Part shown: positions 62,501 to 64,000 of the stretch, one piece after another
Layout of the letters: each line of letters begins with the position of its first letter
Numbering within the stretch: the stretch's first letter is position 1
Assembly (NCBI GenBank): GCA_904063045.1
Contig: CAJFCJ010000011.1
Coordinates: 744,001 to 808,000 of the forward strand
From: Dimorphilus gyrociliatus
Taxonomy: Eukaryota > Animalia > Annelida
Direction: 5' to 3'
DNA: 64,000 nt
The notes under the pieces: model-generated
Told to the model about the DNA's origin: nothing
Database searches by the model: none
What the model saw: only the letters and a program-made list of their open reading frames with translations
Program-made: the position numbers and the translations under genes

Positions 62501-64000
62501 AAATGCAAAGACTTCACACTAGAACCTTTGAACTGAACGAAAGTCCGCGAAGAATAGCATATCAACCGGAGACTAAGACATTTGCTTTGTTAACCAGCAG
62601 ACGAGACACGAGGGGAAAGGGCAGTAGACAGACAAACCATTTGCGAGAATCTGCTAGCACTGGTTGCTCAAGCGTTACAACAAGTGAAATATCACCTATT
62701 ATTCTGAAAAATTTAAGAATACCTAATTTTAAGGAGGGTGATATTATGGAAATGTTTAATGTGCTTTTTTTAGATCAGTATACTTTTGAAGTCATTCATT
62801 GTCACAAGTTTCAACCATACGAATATGCTTTGTCAGTTTGTACTGCAAGTCTGGGGAAAAGTAAGGAGACATATTTTGTTGTTGGGACAGCATTCGTTTT
62901 ACCAGAAGAAACTGAACCTAAATATGGCCGTCTATTTGTTTTTAAGAATGAGCAGGGATCTATTAGACAAATATCAGATGTTGATGTACAAGGAGCTCCT
63001 TATTCGATGACTTCCTTTATGGATGATAAAATTGTTTGTACTATAAATGGAACAGTACGAGTTTATGAAATGGGAGCTGATAATTACTTAAATTTAGTTT
63101 GCTCCTATTTTAACAATATTGTGGGACTCTATTTAATAGTAGATAAAGAACGAATTTACATCGGAGATTTATTCAGAAGTGTCACTGCCATAGAGTATAA
63201 ACCCGAGACTGATGAGTTAAAAGGTTGTTTATAAATTTTAATTACAAATGTTAAAATTAATATATTTCATAGAAATTGCCCGCAATTATTCTCACCAATG
63301 GCTAACAACTTTCGCTGTTCCTGAAGCTGACACAGCGATTTGTGCAGATCATTGTTGTAATGTTTTTGCATGCACAAGAGAAGAACAAATGAATCAAGAT
63401 GGAGAACTAGATACAGAAATGAAAGATTGTGGGCTTTTTCACTTAGGGGATTCCATCAATGTTATCAAAAAAGGATCTCTTGTTAAACAAGACTTAATGG
63501 ATAGATCTATTGAACTTGGAGTAATGATGCTTTTCGGCACAATAAGTGGTGGAGTCGGTGTTGTTGTTCAAATACCAAAAAACTACTTCGGCCTCTTAAA
63601 AGAACTACAAGACAGAATAGTGAAAATTGTTGGTAGTGTCGGCAAAATAACTTACGATGGGTATTTTTTTACAACTTAATTAAATCTGCCTTTCACATTC
63701 AATATTATTGCTCAAAACAAAGCCTGCTTTATATCAATTTTTTTCAAAATTTTAGGTGGAGAAACTATAAAGATGATAGAGGAGAAAAGCCATCATATGG
63801 ATTTATTGATGGGGACATAATCGAATGCTTTCTAGATCTGCCTATTATCAATCAAGAAGAAATAGTGAAAAATTTAGAGGTAAGTTCTTCAAAAATATAC
63901 TAAAAATCGTCTTCACCTTTATAATTACAGTTGGAAGATAATGGAAGTAGACGTCCAATTGAACATCACGAAATGGTTGGATTAGTCGAAGAATTAAGTA
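59590..64000 (+). CDS. DDB1: DNA damage-binding protein 1 (multi-exon; last few codons lie outside the window)
   Basis: [12 protein letters not shown]...GHFTS; [14 protein letters not shown]; [11 protein letters not shown]; TLGTQP; [11 protein letters not shown]; IDEMQRLH; [18 protein letters not shown]; FHLGDSINV; [14 protein letters not shown]; LVEELS at the window end. Confidence 0.95.

Overview
AT-rich, very compact animal genomic DNA with mostly 45-60 nt GT-AG introns; there are no prokaryotic features, CRISPR arrays, tRNAs or rRNAs. The architecture suggests a miniaturised invertebrate (possibly annelid-like) genome, but the species cannot be determined from the sequence. Zone 1 (1-28.7 kb) is a four-gene homeobox neighbourhood: a LIM-homeobox gene resembling Awh/Lhx6/8 (minus strand, truncated by the window edge and missed by the ORF track), two tandem Vsx paralogues and Otx, with long introns and CTCF-like motifs at the gene boundaries. 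Zone 2 (28.9-40.3 kb) is an accessory island: an NADPH-dependent FMN reductase, a gp130/domeless-like cytokine receptor, a decayed BEL/Pao LTR element, a Tc1-like transposase remnant, a minimal MMP and a Ly6/uPAR-type protein. Zone 3 (40.6-64 kb) is a tightly packed housekeeping block: a type-1 ferlin, PPP1R3, SDHD, MSL1, MRPL23, DNAJC3, MTRFR and DDB1 (the last runs off the window). The best-supported hidden system is a pair of duplicated, frame-incompatible (mutually exclusive) ferlin exons encoding the Ca2+-binding loop 3 of the C2C domain, with a tandem ACTAAC (QKI/HOW/SF1-type) element fused to the second exon's acceptor. Other leads are a near-identical convergent pair of CTCF-like 16-mers bracketing Otx, stem-conserving diverged LTRs that carry CTCF-like motifs, and cis-motifs shared by the two Vsx copies. 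All exon structures were derived by hand; family calls rest on recalled motifs, not database searches.
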